From Actinobacillus succinogenes 130Z (GTDB lineage: Bacteria > Pseudomonadota > Gammaproteobacteria > Enterobacterales > Pasteurellaceae): a stretch of DNA of 24,000 nt. The stretch spans positions 1,027,161 through 1,051,160 of the forward strand of contig NC_009655.1 of assembly GCF_000017245.1 (NCBI RefSeq), read 5' to 3'. How positions within the stretch are numbered: the stretch's first letter is position 1; the number at the start of each line of letters is the position of its first letter. Positions 5,983 to 15,838 of this stretch are shown here, in pieces. A program made the position numbers and the translations under genes. A model generated the notes under the pieces. It saw nothing but the letters and a program-made list of their open reading frames with translations. It ran no database searches and was not told the origin of the DNA.

Positions 5983-8900
5983 TTATTTGGACACGACGTG
6001 TTGCAACTCAATTATTATTGAGTGTTTTATTGATTGCTGTATTGCCGCAGGCGGCATATTCCGCTTTGCCTTCGGCACGTGAGATTGAAAATCAGCTGGA
6101 AAAGGCAAAACAGGCGGAGCAAACTGACGAGGTCAGTAAAAACCTGGTTAAAGATTTAGAGGCGACTCAGCGTTTTATTTCGGATATTGCCAAACAGAAA
6201 GAGCAAAATGCCAAATTGGTGAAAAGTATTGAAAATGCGGATAAGGGTATTGCTACCTCACAGACTAACATCGCCAAATTAAAAGCGGATAAACTGCCGA
6301 CCGTTACGGAGTTGAGCAAATATTCGTTAAAGGAATTACAACAAAAACTGGAACAAAAACAAATTGCATTGCAACGCGTGCAGGAGGCCTTGGCTCAGGT
6401 AAATACCGATTTGGTTTCCCAACGTTCCTCCCCGGAACGCGCTCAGAAGATTTTAACGGAAAATGCTAAACGGACACAGGCGATTAATCAGGTATTAATT
6501 GACGATAATCTGGCAAAATCCAGAAAAATGCGTCTTGAAGCGGAACAGGCATTACTCGATCTGCAAAACAGTTATAACCAGACATTGTTGCAGGGAACGA
6601 CACGTTTGACGTCGCTTTATTCTCTAATCGTCGAAGAGCGGACATTACAGCAACAACAGCTGCAGAGCGAATTAAATACTCTGCAATCGGCGATTAACGA
6701 AAAAAATCTGCAACTTTCCAGAGAACAAGTCGAACAGGCTACGCAAAATCAGGAAAAAAATGCGGAAGCCAATGCCAATCCCGTAGTGGCGGCGCAGTTG
6801 AATTTTAATACACAAATCAGTAAAGGTATTCTGGAAGAAACCGCACAAATGAACAGTTTGTCGCAGGACAATCTGCGCATTAAAAATGTACTGGACAATT
6901 TACAGCAGACCCAACGTAATATCGAGGAACAGATTAGTTCTCTGCAAGGTACCTTGGTACTTTCCCGCATCATTAATAAACAACGTCAATCTCTGCCTCA
7001 GGATAAAATGATTTCAGGGTTAGGAAAACGTATTGCGGATTTGCGGGTAAAGATTTTCGATATTACCGAATTTCGCGATAAACTTTATGATACGGACGAG
7101 TATATTAAAGACTTGGAACAGACGGAAAAAATTTCGTTTTCGGCTAAAGATCGGGCTCAATTGATTGATTTGGTTGAGGAACGCCGTAAATTGCTGGCGG
7201 ATTACTTAAGTTTATTGAATAACCAATTGAATTTGTCGATTAATATTGAATTGAACCAACAACAAGTTCAATCAATCAGCGATTCGTTGCAGAATAAGCT
7301 ACAACAGCAAAGTTTTTGGGTTAAAAGTAATTCGGTAATGGATTTGGATTGGTTTAAATCCTTTCCTGTGAGCATGAATTTTCAACGTCGGGCATTAAAG
7401 AAAAATTTTGACTTTTCCAATTGGAAAGAAAATCTGTTGCCTGCTTTAGGTATGAGCGGTTTGTTACTGATTCTGACTACACTTATTCGCCGTAAAAAAG
7501 AAAATATTAAAAAGCGTTTAAGTAAACTGAATCAGCAAATTAATATTTATGCTACGGATACCCAATGGCATACGCCGAAAGCTATTTTCTGGGTGGCTAT
7601 ATTAAGTCTGCCGAGTACTTTCCTGTTTTTAGCCGGCTTTATTTTGGTAACGGGAATTTGCTTTAAAGATCCTGCAACGGTTTGGTCTTGGGGGATGAAA
7701 ATGGCGGCATATTGGTGGAGCTTTGTTTTTATGTTGGGTATGTTGCGCCCGAACGGTATCGGACACTACCATTTTAATATGCCGAAAGAAAGCAATGAGG
7801 CGTTCCGTAATATGCTGAAACGCTCGGCGTGGATCATTGCGTTGTTGTTGAACGTATCGATTTTCAGCCATATTGATTTAGGTTTAAGCTATGACGTGAT
7901 CGGTCAGGCATCAATGATTATAGTGTTGATTACTGTGGTATTGATTATGGTACCCCGTTTCCGTGAGGCAATGTCGAGTTATCAGAAATCAGCAAAAGAA
8001 CAAACGGTAACGAGTCAATATTTTCTACCCATATTGCGTGTCGTGTTGCTACTGGCCCCGTTTGTGCTGATTGGCTTAACAGTTATGGGGTACTACTATA
8101 CGGCGATTGTTTTGATCGAACATGCCATTTCCTCTTATTTCGTGGTAATGACATGGTGGCTGATTCGTAACTTGGCCTATCGCGGTTTTGCGGTAGCGGC
8201 ACGTCGTATGGCGTATCGTCGTGCGAAAGAAAAACGGGAGCAATTACAGGCTAAGGCGATTGCGGAAGCTAACAGTTCTCTTAGTCCGGATATGCAGGAA
8301 ATCCAGTATGATGACAGTATTGCCATCAGTGAAATTAGGGCTCAGATGTTACGGGTGGCGGATTTCTTTCTTTGGATTGCCTTATTCGCCATGTTCTATT
8401 GGGCGTGGTGGGATTTGGTCACAGTAGCTTATTACCTGGACAGTATTTCTCTTTGGCAGCAAACGACAGTGGGTGAGAACGGCACGGTAACGGAATCTAT
8501 CACATTGCTGAATCTATTTATCGCCATTGCCATTATTGTAGTGACTTATGTATTGGTACGGAATATTTCCGGGTTACTGGAAACTTTGATTTTTTCTCAC
8601 ACTAAGTTGTCTCAAGGCACGCCTTATACCATTACAACCTTATTTACCTATGCCATTATCGCATTCGGTGCAACTTTTGCTTTCGGAGCATTAGGGATGT
8701 CGTGGAGTAAATTGCAATGGCTGTTTGCCGCACTTTCCGTCGGGTTAGGGTTCGGTATGCAGGAGATTTTTGCAAATTTTGTTTCCGGTATCATTATTTT
8801 ATTTGAACGACCGGTTCGAATCGGCGATATTATTACCTTAGGCGAATTCAGCGGAACCGTATCGAAGATCCGAATTCGGGCCACGACATTGGTGGATTTT

Positions 8901-9323
8901 GACGGTAAAGAAGTGATTGTACCGAACAAATCTTTTGTAACGGAACGATTGGTGAACTGGGCATTGTCTGATACAGTGACACGCGTTATCGCCCACGTCG
9001 GAGTCGCATACGGCGCCGATTTGGAATTAACCAAAAAATTATTGTTACAGGCTGCCGACGATTGCGAATTAGTAATGAAAGATCCTGCACCGGTCGTTTA
9101 TTTCCTGAATTTTGGCGCCAGTACCTTGGATCATGAGTTGCGCGTTTATGTCGGTCATGTGGGTGATCGAAATCCGACTTTGGATTATCTCAACCGTCGG
9201 ATTAATCAGTTATTGGCGGAAAATAATATCGAAATCGCGTTCAATCAATTAGATATTTTTATTAAGAACCCGACTACCAACGAAGAAGTGAAAGTCGGTG
9301 AAACGGTAGAATTTAAAAAATAA
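5973..9323 (+). CDS. mscK: Potassium-dependent mechanosensitive channel MscK (KefA/AefA family)
   Basis: 1116 aa. Signal peptide (LLLSVLLIAVLPQAAYS), then ~450 aa of Gln/Leu-rich coiled-coil periplasmic domain, multiple TM segments and a C-terminal MscS domain (GFGMQEIFANFVSGIIILFERPVRIGD). The start overlaps the menE stop by 10 nt. Confidence 0.88.
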   Translation: MRLIIWTRRVATQLLLSVLLIAVLPQAAYSALPSAREIENQLEKAKQAEQTDEVSKNLVKDLEATQRFISDIAKQKEQNAKLVKSIENADKGIATSQTNIAKLKADKLPTVTELSKYSLKELQQKLEQKQIALQRVQEALAQVNTDLVSQRSSPERAQKILTENAKRTQAINQVLIDDNLAKSRKMRLEAEQALLDLQNSYNQTLLQGTTRLTSLYSLIVEERTLQQQQLQSELNTLQSAINEKNLQLSREQVEQATQNQEKNAEANANPVVAAQLNFNTQISKGILEETAQMNSLSQDNLRIKNVLDNLQQTQRNIEEQISSLQGTLVLSRIINKQRQSLPQDKMISGLGKRIADLRVKIFDITEFRDKLYDTDEYIKDLEQTEKISFSAKDRAQLIDLVEERRKLLADYLSLLNNQLNLSINIELNQQQVQSISDSLQNKLQQQSFWVKSNSVMDLDWFKSFPVSMNFQRRALKKNFDFSNWKENLLPALGMSGLLLILTTLIRRKKENIKKRLSKLNQQINIYATDTQWHTPKAIFWVAILSLPSTFLFLAGFILVTGICFKDPATVWSWGMKMAAYWWSFVFMLGMLRPNGIGHYHFNMPKESNEAFRNMLKRSAWIIALLLNVSIFSHIDLGLSYDVIGQASMIIVLITVVLIMVPRFREAMSSYQKSAKEQTVTSQYFLPILRVVLLLAPFVLIGLTVMGYYYTAIVLIEHAISSYFVVMTWWLIRNLAYRGFAVAARRMAYRRAKEKREQLQAKAIAEANSSLSPDMQEIQYDDSIAISEIRAQMLRVADFFLWIALFAMFYWAWWDLVTVAYYLDSISLWQQTTVGENGTVTESITLLNLFIAIAIIVVTYVLVRNISGLLETLIFSHTKLSQGTPYTITTLFTYAIIAFGATFAFGALGMSWSKLQWLFAALSVGLGFGMQEIFANFVSGIIILFERPVRIGDIITLGEFSGTVSKIRIRATTLVDFDGKEVIVPNKSFVTERLVNWALSDTVTRVIAHVGVAYGADLELTKKLLLQAADDCELVMKDPAPVVYFLNFGASTLDHELRVYVGHVGDRNPTLDYLNRRINQLLAENNIEIAFNQLDIFIKNPTTNEEVKVGETVEFKK

Positions 9324-9335
9324 AAGGAACCATTC

Positions 9336-10418
9336 ATGGCAGGAAACAGTATCGGACAGTTGTTTCGAGTGACGACATTCGGCGAATCCCACGGCATTGC
9401 TTTAGGCTGTATTGTGGACGGTGTGCCGCCGAATATGGCGCTTAGCGAAGCGGATATTCAACCTGATCTCGATCGTCGAAAACCGGGAACCTCCCGTTAT
9501 ACGACTGCGCGTCGGGAAGCGGATGAAATACAGATTTTATCCGGCGTATTTGAAGGAAAAACCACCGGTACCAGCATCGGGTTAATCATTAAGAATGCGG
9601 ATCAGCGTTCAAAAGATTACGGCGATATTATGGATAAATTCCGTCCCGGTCATGCGGATTATACCTACCAGCAAAAATACGGCATTCGCGATTATCGCGG
9701 CGGCGGACGTTCTTCCGCACGGGAAACGGCTATGCGTGTAGCGGCGGGAGCAATTGCCAAAAAATATCTGCGCGAACGGTTCGGCATTGAAATCCGGGGT
9801 TATTTGTCGCAAATCGGGGAGGTGAAAATTGATCCTCAAACCGTAGCGGATGTGACTAAAATCAACTGGCAACAAGTGGCTGATAATCCGTTCTTCTGTC
9901 CGGATAAAAGTGCGGTGGAAAAATTCGACGAATTAATCCGCAAATTGAAAAAAGAAGGCAATTCTATCGGTGCGAAGTTAACCGTAGTGGCAGAAAATGT
10001 GCCGGTAGGTCTGGGCGAACCGGTATTTGATCGTTTAGATGCGGAATTGGCGCATGCATTAATGGGCATTAATGCGGTGAAAGCCGTGGAAATCGGTGAC
10101 GGTTTCGATGTAGTGGCGCAAAAGGGTACGGAACACCGCGATGAAATGACACCGGCGGGATTTCTGTCGAATCATGCGGGTGGTATTTTAGGCGGCATCA
10201 GCAACGGTCAGCCGATCATCGCCACCATTGCGTTGAAGCCGACTTCAAGCATTACGATTCCCGGACGTACAGTGGATATAAATAATAAACCGGTAGAATT
10301 GATTACCAAAGGACGCCACGATCCCTGCGTAGGCATTCGCGCCGTACCTATTGCGGAAGCGATGGTAGCGATTATTCTGTTGGATCACTTATTACGCTTT
10401 AAAGCGCAGTGTAAATAA
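9336..10418 (+). CDS. aroC: Chorismate synthase
   Basis: 360 aa. [29 protein letters not shown] and GRHDPCV signatures, collinear with E. coli AroC. Confidence 0.97.
   Translation: MAGNSIGQLFRVTTFGESHGIALGCIVDGVPPNMALSEADIQPDLDRRKPGTSRYTTARREADEIQILSGVFEGKTTGTSIGLIIKNADQRSKDYGDIMDKFRPGHADYTYQQKYGIRDYRGGGRSSARETAMRVAAGAIAKKYLRERFGIEIRGYLSQIGEVKIDPQTVADVTKINWQQVADNPFFCPDKSAVEKFDELIRKLKKEGNSIGAKLTVVAENVPVGLGEPVFDRLDAELAHALMGINAVKAVEIGDGFDVVAQKGTEHRDEMTPAGFLSNHAGGILGGISNGQPIIATIALKPTSSITIPGRTVDINNKPVELITKGRHDPCVGIRAVPIAEAMVAIILLDHLLRFKAQCK
9908..9916 (+). repeat. Hin-type uptake signal sequence core AAGTGCGGT
   Basis: Perfect 9-mer on the + strand. Confidence 0.9.
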
Positions 10419-10427
10419 AAGTGCGGT
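10419..10427 (+). repeat. Hin-type uptake signal sequence core AAGTGCGGT
   Basis: Perfect 9-mer immediately after the aroC stop codon. Confidence 0.9.
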
Positions 10428-10501
10428 CGGTTTTACGACGGTTTTAGTCGATTAAAGATGGAGGCGCGCTCCTCAACAATCCGTGTAGACAGAAGGAATA
10501 T

Positions 10502-11359
10502 ATGAAAAAGATTTTAACTGCGGTCATTTTTTCCGCCGTTTTAGGTTTGTTAACGGTGCAGGCTGCACCGGCGGACTGGCAGGCGATTAAACGCCCTATT
10601 CCAAGTCAGTCGGGACGGGCGGAACCGATTGGTACCTATAGTAACGGCTGCATTCTTGGTTCCGTACCGATGCCGGCAAAAGGAGAGGGGTTTCAGGTAA
10701 TTCGAATGAATAGAAACCGTTTTTACGGTCATCCGAATATGATTCGTTATCTTGAACGTCTCGGTAAGCAGGTGAAACAGGCGGGCTTACCGACGATGTT
10801 AATCGGTGATATCGCTATGCCGGGTGGCGGACGTTTTCTTACCGGGCATGCCAGTCATCAAATGGGGTTGGATGCCGATATTTGGTTGCGAATGGGTGCA
10901 ATGTCCGAGCAGGATGCGCTGAATTCCGACGGTAAAGGCTTGTTGGTGGTTAATCGCGCTTTACAACGGGTGGACGAGAACATTTGGAACTTAAATCACT
11001 TTAATTTAATTAAACTGGCCGCACAGGATCCCGCTGTCACCCGTATTTTTGTAAACCCGGCGATTAAACTGAAATTATGTCAATCGGAACATTCCGATCG
11101 CGGTTGGTTGCGCAAAATCCGCCCGTGGTTTGGTCATGATAGTCATTTTCATGTGCGGTTAACCTGTCCGCAGGATGCAAGCCACTGTGAAAATCAGGCA
11201 CCTGTTCCCGCCGGCGACGGCTGCGGTGCGGAATTGTATTCTTGGTTTGAACCGAAAGCGCCGTCTTCCACGATAAACCGACCGAAAGTGATTCCGCCCG
11301 AACCGTTTTTATGCCGCCAGGTGCTGAATTCACCGAACCGCCATCAGTGGTTAGATTAG
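10502..11359 (+). CDS. mepA: Penicillin-insensitive murein DD-endopeptidase MepA
   Basis: Signal peptide (AVLGLLTVQA). Zn-ligand blocks HASHQMGLDADIW and HDSHFHVRL typical of the LAS-family MepA. The aroC-mepA-yfcA cluster is the same as in E. coli. Confidence 0.9.
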   Translation: MKKILTAVIFSAVLGLLTVQAAPADWQAIKRPIPSQSGRAEPIGTYSNGCILGSVPMPAKGEGFQVIRMNRNRFYGHPNMIRYLERLGKQVKQAGLPTMLIGDIAMPGGGRFLTGHASHQMGLDADIWLRMGAMSEQDALNSDGKGLLVVNRALQRVDENIWNLNHFNLIKLAAQDPAVTRIFVNPAIKLKLCQSEHSDRGWLRKIRPWFGHDSHFHVRLTCPQDASHCENQAPVPAGDGCGAELYSWFEPKAPSSTINRPKVIPPEPFLCRQVLNSPNRHQWLD

Positions 11360-11380
11360 TTCTTTGCTCAAAATAGAGGA

Positions 11381-11389
11381 AAGTGCGGT
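11381..11389 (+). repeat. Hin-type uptake signal sequence core AAGTGCGGT
   Basis: Perfect 9-mer. Its last two bases are the first two bases of the GTG (11388-11390) that I take as the yfcA start. Confidence 0.9.
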
Positions 11390-12152
11390 GGAAATCAGTA
11401 TCGAATTAATCGGAATTTTATTCGGGGTAGCGATAGTCGCGGGGTTTATTGATGCTTTGGCGGGCGGCGGCGGATTAATTACTATTCCCGCCCTTTTAAT
11501 GACTGGAATGCCGCCGGCAATGGCGTTGGGGACCAATAAGTTACAGGCATGCGGTGGTTCGTTTTCCGCCAGTTTGTATTTCATTCGGAAGAAAGCTGTT
11601 GATTTACGGGCGATTTGGTTTATTTTATTATGTACTTTCACCGGTTCGGTGATAGGTTCCGTTTTAATTCAGCTGGTAAACAGTTCGTTAATAAAGAAAG
11701 TGATTCCTTTTTTAGTATTGGCTGTAGGATTCTATTTTTTATTGACCCCGAAACTTGGTGAAAAAGATCGCCGACAACGTTTGTCGTTTCATACTTTTGC
11801 GCTGACAGCCGCTTTAGGATTGGGATTTTATGACGGTTTCTTCGGTCCCGGAACGGGATCGATTTTGAGCTTGGTATTCGTCACGTTACTGGGGTTTAAT
11901 CTCATCAAAGCCACGGCTTATACCAAAGTGTTAAATTTTACTTCGAATCTTGCGTCGTTGATTTGCTTTTTGATTGGCGGACAAATCATGTGGTCGGTAG
12001 GGATTGCCATGATGTGCGGGCAAATTGTCGGTGCGCATTTGGGAGCGAAAATGGTACTCAGTAAGGGAAAAGGATTAATTCGTCCGATGGTTGTATTAAT
12101 GTCATTTGTAATGACGGCGAAAATGGCGTATGAACAAGGATGGTTTGGCTAA
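11388..12152 (+). CDS. yfcA: TauE/SafE-family membrane transporter YfcA
   Basis: Collinear with E. coli YfcA as recalled (GFIDALAGGGGLITIPALL, LGTNKLQACGGS, FYDGFFGPGTGS). GTG 11388 is preceded by GAGGA (11376-11380) at 7 nt. The ORF-track start is a TTG at 11364, so the start is uncertain by 8 codons. Confidence 0.85.
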   Translation: MEISIELIGILFGVAIVAGFIDALAGGGGLITIPALLMTGMPPAMALGTNKLQACGGSFSASLYFIRKKAVDLRAIWFILLCTFTGSVIGSVLIQLVNSSLIKKVIPFLVLAVGFYFLLTPKLGEKDRRQRLSFHTFALTAALGLGFYDGFFGPGTGSILSLVFVTLLGFNLIKATAYTKVLNFTSNLASLICFLIGGQIMWSVGIAMMCGQIVGAHLGAKMVLSKGKGLIRPMVVLMSFVMTAKMAYEQGWFG

Positions 12153-13105
12153 TGACAGAACAGGAAAACATGCGTTTAACGGCACGGGTCGGATATGAGC
12201 CGCATTTCTCGTGGTCGTATTTGCATCCGAAATATTGGGGTACTTGGCTGGGGGTAGCAGTCTTACTCATACTGGCATATATACCTTTCCGCTGGCGAGA
12301 TCGTCTGGCGGCGAAACTCGGTGTTATTATCGGTCGTAAAGCGCGTAAACAGCGCCGGCGCGCGCAAATAAACTTAACCTATTGCTTTCCCGACTGGACG
12401 GAACAACAGCGCGAGCGGGTTATCGATAAAATGTTTGCCACCGTTGCGCAGGTCATGTTGGGGATCGGAGAAATTGCCATTCGTTCCAAAGCGCATTTGC
12501 AAAAGCGTAGCGAATTTATCGGCATAGAATACATTAAACGGGCGAAATCCGAAGGTAAAAATATTATTTTGATGGTGCCGCACGGTTGGGCAATCGATGC
12601 TTCGGGAATTATACTGCATACCCACGGTATGCCGATGACATCCATGTTTAATCCTCACCGCAATCCTTTGATAGACTGGCTTTGGACGGCTACCCGAGAA
12701 CGTTTCGGCGGTAAAATGCACGCCCGTCAGAACGGGATTAAGCCGTTTTTAACCATGATTCGCAACGGCGATATGGGTTACTATTTGCCGGATGAAGATT
12801 TTGGTGCGGAAGCCAGTGAGTTCGTGGATTTTTTCGGCACCTATAAAGCGACCTTACCGGGCTTGAATAAAATGGCGAAACTGGCAAAAGCGGTGGTGAT
12901 CCCCATGTTCCCGCGATACAACGCCGAACGTGGAAAATATGAAATGGAAATTCATCCGCCTATGGAATTAAGTGATGACCCGCTACAATCGGCACGCGCC
13001 ATGAATGAAGAAATCGAACGTTTTGTCATTCCGCAACCGGAGCAGTACGTATGGATTTTACAATTATTAAGAACCCGTAAAAACGGGGAAGATATTTATC
13101 ATTAG
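12152..13105 (+). CDS. lpxM: Lipid A late (secondary) acyltransferase, LpxM/MsbB type
   Basis: VPHGWAIDASG, MFNPHRNPLIDWLW and SEFVDFFGTYKATLPG blocks match E. coli LpxM (VPHGWAVD..., EFVDFFATYKATLP) better than LpxL. ATG 12152 overlaps the yfcA TAA (TAATG), which suggests translational coupling. Confidence 0.82.
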   Translation: MTEQENMRLTARVGYEPHFSWSYLHPKYWGTWLGVAVLLILAYIPFRWRDRLAAKLGVIIGRKARKQRRRAQINLTYCFPDWTEQQRERVIDKMFATVAQVMLGIGEIAIRSKAHLQKRSEFIGIEYIKRAKSEGKNIILMVPHGWAIDASGIILHTHGMPMTSMFNPHRNPLIDWLWTATRERFGGKMHARQNGIKPFLTMIRNGDMGYYLPDEDFGAEASEFVDFFGTYKATLPGLNKMAKLAKAVVIPMFPRYNAERGKYEMEIHPPMELSDDPLQSARAMNEEIERFVIPQPEQYVWILQLLRTRKNGEDIYH

Positions 13106-13171
13106 CTGTGATAGAATTCGGTTCCAATTAAATTCGGTCGGAATTTCGGCCGCACTTTTGTTATCAATATT

Positions 13172-13714
13172 ATGAACAAACAATTAGATCTTATTAAATC
13201 ATCAATTAAATCTATTCCCAACTACCCTAAGGAAGGCATTATTTTCCGTGATATTACCAGCTTGACGGAAATTCCGGAAGCGTTTACCGCAACGGTTAAT
13301 TTGATTGCCGAAGCGTTTCGTCATAAAGGTATCACTAAAATCATCGGTACCGAATCCCGCGGTTTTATATTCGGTGCGCCGGTTGCCGTTGCTTTGGGTT
13401 TGCCGTTTATTTTGGTGCGCAAACCGGGCAAGCTGCCGCGCGAAGTGATTTCACAAAGCTATCAACTGGAATATGGAGAAGATAAATTGGAAATCCATGC
13501 GGACGCCATTCAGAAAGGCGACAATGTGTTAGTGATTGATGATTTACTGGCAACGGGCGGCACGGTGGAAGCATGCATTAAATTGGTGAATCGTCTCGGT
13601 GGCGATGTAAAGCATGCTGCGTTTGTTATCAATCTGCCCGATTTAGGTGGCGGTGAACGGTTACGCAAACAGGGTGTAGAGCCTTTTACTTTAGTGGATT
13701 TTGCCGGTCACTAA
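13172..13714 (+). CDS. apt: Adenine phosphoribosyltransferase
   Basis: 180 aa. PRPP-binding motif [13 protein letters not shown]; collinear with E. coli Apt. The apt-dnaX adjacency is the same as in E. coli. Confidence 0.95.
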   Translation: MNKQLDLIKSSIKSIPNYPKEGIIFRDITSLTEIPEAFTATVNLIAEAFRHKGITKIIGTESRGFIFGAPVAVALGLPFILVRKPGKLPREVISQSYQLEYGEDKLEIHADAIQKGDNVLVIDDLLATGGTVEACIKLVNRLGGDVKHAAFVINLPDLGGGERLRKQGVEPFTLVDFAGH

Positions 13715-13738
13715 TTTTATTTTTATCAGGAAAGAAGC

Positions 13739-15838
13739 GTGAGTTATCAGGTTTTAGCCCGTAAGTGGCGTCCTCAAAATTTTCATCAGGTTATCGGACA
13801 AGAGCATATCTTGACCGCATTGGCTAACGGCTTGAAAGAAAACCGCCTGCATCACGCTTATTTATTTTCCGGCACGCGCGGCGTAGGAAAAACCTCCATC
13901 GCCCGGTTGCTTGCCAAGGGGCTGAACTGTATTCACGGCGTGACTGCCGAGCCTTGCGGTGAATGCGAACATTGCAAAGCCATTGAAAACGGAAATTTTA
14001 TCGATTTGATTGAAATCGACGCCGCTTCCCGTACTAAAGTGGAAGACACCCGCGAATTGCTTGACAATGTTCAGTATAAGCCGGTACAGGGGCGTTATAA
14101 AGTCTATCTCATAGACGAAGTACATATGCTTTCCCGCCATTCTTTCAATGCATTGCTAAAAACCTTGGAAGAGCCGCCGGAATATGTAAAATTCCTGTTG
14201 GCCACGACGGATCCGCAAAAACTGCCGATTACGATTTTATCGCGTTGTATGCAGTTCCACCTGAAAGCATTGTCTCAGCAGCAAATCGCTCAGCATTTGG
14301 CGAATATTCTTACCCAGGAAAAAATTCCCTTCGAACCGACCGCACTTGGTAAGATCGCCAAAGCGGCGCAGGGCAGCGTTCGCGATAGCTTAAGTTTAAC
14401 GGATCAGGCTATTGCTATGTCTAATGCCGATATTCGGGTCGATGTAGTTAATATCATGCTAGGGTTGTTGGATGATAACCAACCTATCGAAATCCTTTAC
14501 GCCTTACATCAAGGAAACGGCGAAAAACTCATGCAGGGTATTCAAGCCGTTGCGGATAATGGGGCGGATTGGGATGAATTGCTGATTGAAGTGGGCGAGG
14601 CTTTGCACCAAATTGCCATGTTGCAATTGCTGCCGAACCGTATCGACGAAGAAAGTCAGTTGGGATTTTTAGCAAAACACATCTCTCCCGAGAATATTCA
14701 ATTTTTCTACCAGATTGTCACCATGGGTCGCAAAGAATTGGCATTTGCACCGAATCGGCGCATCGGGGCGGAAATGACATTATTGCGAGCGTTAGCTTTC
14801 CACCCAAAGTTTAGTCGGGCAGAGCCCGCTGAACATCAAGTAAATTCTACCGTACAAGACTCGGCACGCGCTCACCCGGAAAAGGAAAGTGCGGTCAAAA
14901 AAACAATTAATTTGGTGGAAATGCCTGTTTATAATCAGCATTTACGTGTTTCCGCTACGCCTCAACGCGAGCAATCCCCTCCCGGTAATCTCTCCGGTAA
15001 ATCAACTTCAAACGCACTAAATGCTTTAGCGCAAATTGAGCGTTTGCGTGCCAGTGTGCGGTCCGCAGCATCAACTGAAGAAAAAACCGGTTTCGAACAA
15101 CCTCAGCCGGCTGTACAGGCGCATGAGTTGCCGGTGGTTTCTATGCCGCAGAAAGAACGTCCGCAAACGGATTTAATTGACCGTTTGGCAAGTCTTGCAC
15201 AACAAGCGCAGGACAACCTAAATCCCGCTGTAAAGCGTAAATCGGTTTCGAAACCCGTCTCCGATAGTACGCAGGAAACGGAGAATGAGGATGATAGTGA
15301 CGATGCCAATCTTGCCGAGACTTACCGATGGGAGTGGATAAATCCCGAAATGGCGGAAGCGGAGAATGTGATTCGTCCTTCGGAAATCAAACAGGCGATT
15401 TTAAAAGAAAAAACGCCCGAGCTGGTGAAAAAGGTCATTGCTCTGGCGGAAGAACGGGATGATTGGACAAAAACCGTGGAACATTTAGGGTTGGATCATT
15501 TGAAATTGGTTAAACAAATCGCGTTGAATTCCGTGATTTTGGCACAAACCGATTCTGAAATTGTGCTGGGATTGCGTTCCAACCAAAAACATCTGCAACG
15601 TGAAAGTGCCATAGAAGCTTTGCAAGCAGCATTGAAAGTTTATTACGGCAAAGATTTGCGGCTAAAAATCGAACTGAACGATGACGAACGACGACCGACG
15701 CCACTGGATTATCGACGTCAGATTTATCATGAACTCAGCGAGCGGGCACGGCAGGATTTACAGGCGGATAAAAAGGTAAAATTACTGCAGCAGGCATTCG
15801 ACGCGCATCTGGATTTGGACAGTATTCGTCCGGTGTGA
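13739..15838 (+). CDS. dnaX: DNA polymerase III subunit tau (and possibly gamma)
   Basis: GTG start preceded by AGGAAAG. Walker A GTRGVGKTS, Zn module CGECEHC, SRC motif ILSRCMQF, and a C-terminal tau-specific region ending ...LDSIRPV as in E. coli (...EESIRPI). Confidence 0.95.
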   Translation: MSYQVLARKWRPQNFHQVIGQEHILTALANGLKENRLHHAYLFSGTRGVGKTSIARLLAKGLNCIHGVTAEPCGECEHCKAIENGNFIDLIEIDAASRTKVEDTRELLDNVQYKPVQGRYKVYLIDEVHMLSRHSFNALLKTLEEPPEYVKFLLATTDPQKLPITILSRCMQFHLKALSQQQIAQHLANILTQEKIPFEPTALGKIAKAAQGSVRDSLSLTDQAIAMSNADIRVDVVNIMLGLLDDNQPIEILYALHQGNGEKLMQGIQAVADNGADWDELLIEVGEALHQIAMLQLLPNRIDEESQLGFLAKHISPENIQFFYQIVTMGRKELAFAPNRRIGAEMTLLRALAFHPKFSRAEPAEHQVNSTVQDSARAHPEKESAVKKTINLVEMPVYNQHLRVSATPQREQSPPGNLSGKSTSNALNALAQIERLRASVRSAASTEEKTGFEQPQPAVQAHELPVVSMPQKERPQTDLIDRLASLAQQAQDNLNPAVKRKSVSKPVSDSTQETENEDDSDDANLAETYRWEWINPEMAEAENVIRPSEIKQAILKEKTPELVKKVIALAEERDDWTKTVEHLGLDHLKLVKQIALNSVILAQTDSEIVLGLRSNQKHLQRESAIEALQAALKVYYGKDLRLKIELNDDERRPTPLDYRRQIYHELSERARQDLQADKKVKLLQQAFDAHLDLDSIRPV
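14339..14347 (-). repeat. Hin-type uptake signal sequence core AAGTGCGGT
   Basis: The + strand reads ACCGCACTT. Confidence 0.9.
14887..14895 (+). repeat. Hin-type uptake signal sequence core AAGTGCGGT
   Basis: Perfect 9-mer on the + strand, directly abutting the A7 run in dnaX. Confidence 0.9.
14897..14903 (+). other. A7 homopolymer in dnaX: candidate -1 frameshift or transcriptional-slippage site for a gamma-like short product
   Basis: The zero frame reads GTC AAA AAA ACA (codons 386-389). The -1 frame reads AAC AAT TAA, with the stop at 14908-14910. The site is ~40 codons after the LRALAFHP block that ends domain III, which is the linker where E. coli has A AAA AAG. This is a hypothesis only. 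Confidence 0.3.

Noticed and set aside
6000-7350. Gln-rich, repeat-like region (QQQQLQ, NQQQVQ) in the N-terminal half of MscK
   Set aside because: This is the expected periplasmic coiled-coil domain of MscK/KefA-family channels. There is no nucleotide-level tandem repeat.
5814-9907. 4.1-kb stretch (mostly mscK) with no perfect Hin-type USS, considered as a second foreign segment
   Set aside because: mscK is in conserved synteny (menE-mscK-aroC) with overlapping or tightly spaced junctions. It has 8/9 USS variants (e.g. GCCGCACTT at 8708-8716) and no ACAAGCGGT-type motifs. I treat it as statistical fluctuation, and it is a caveat for the island argument.
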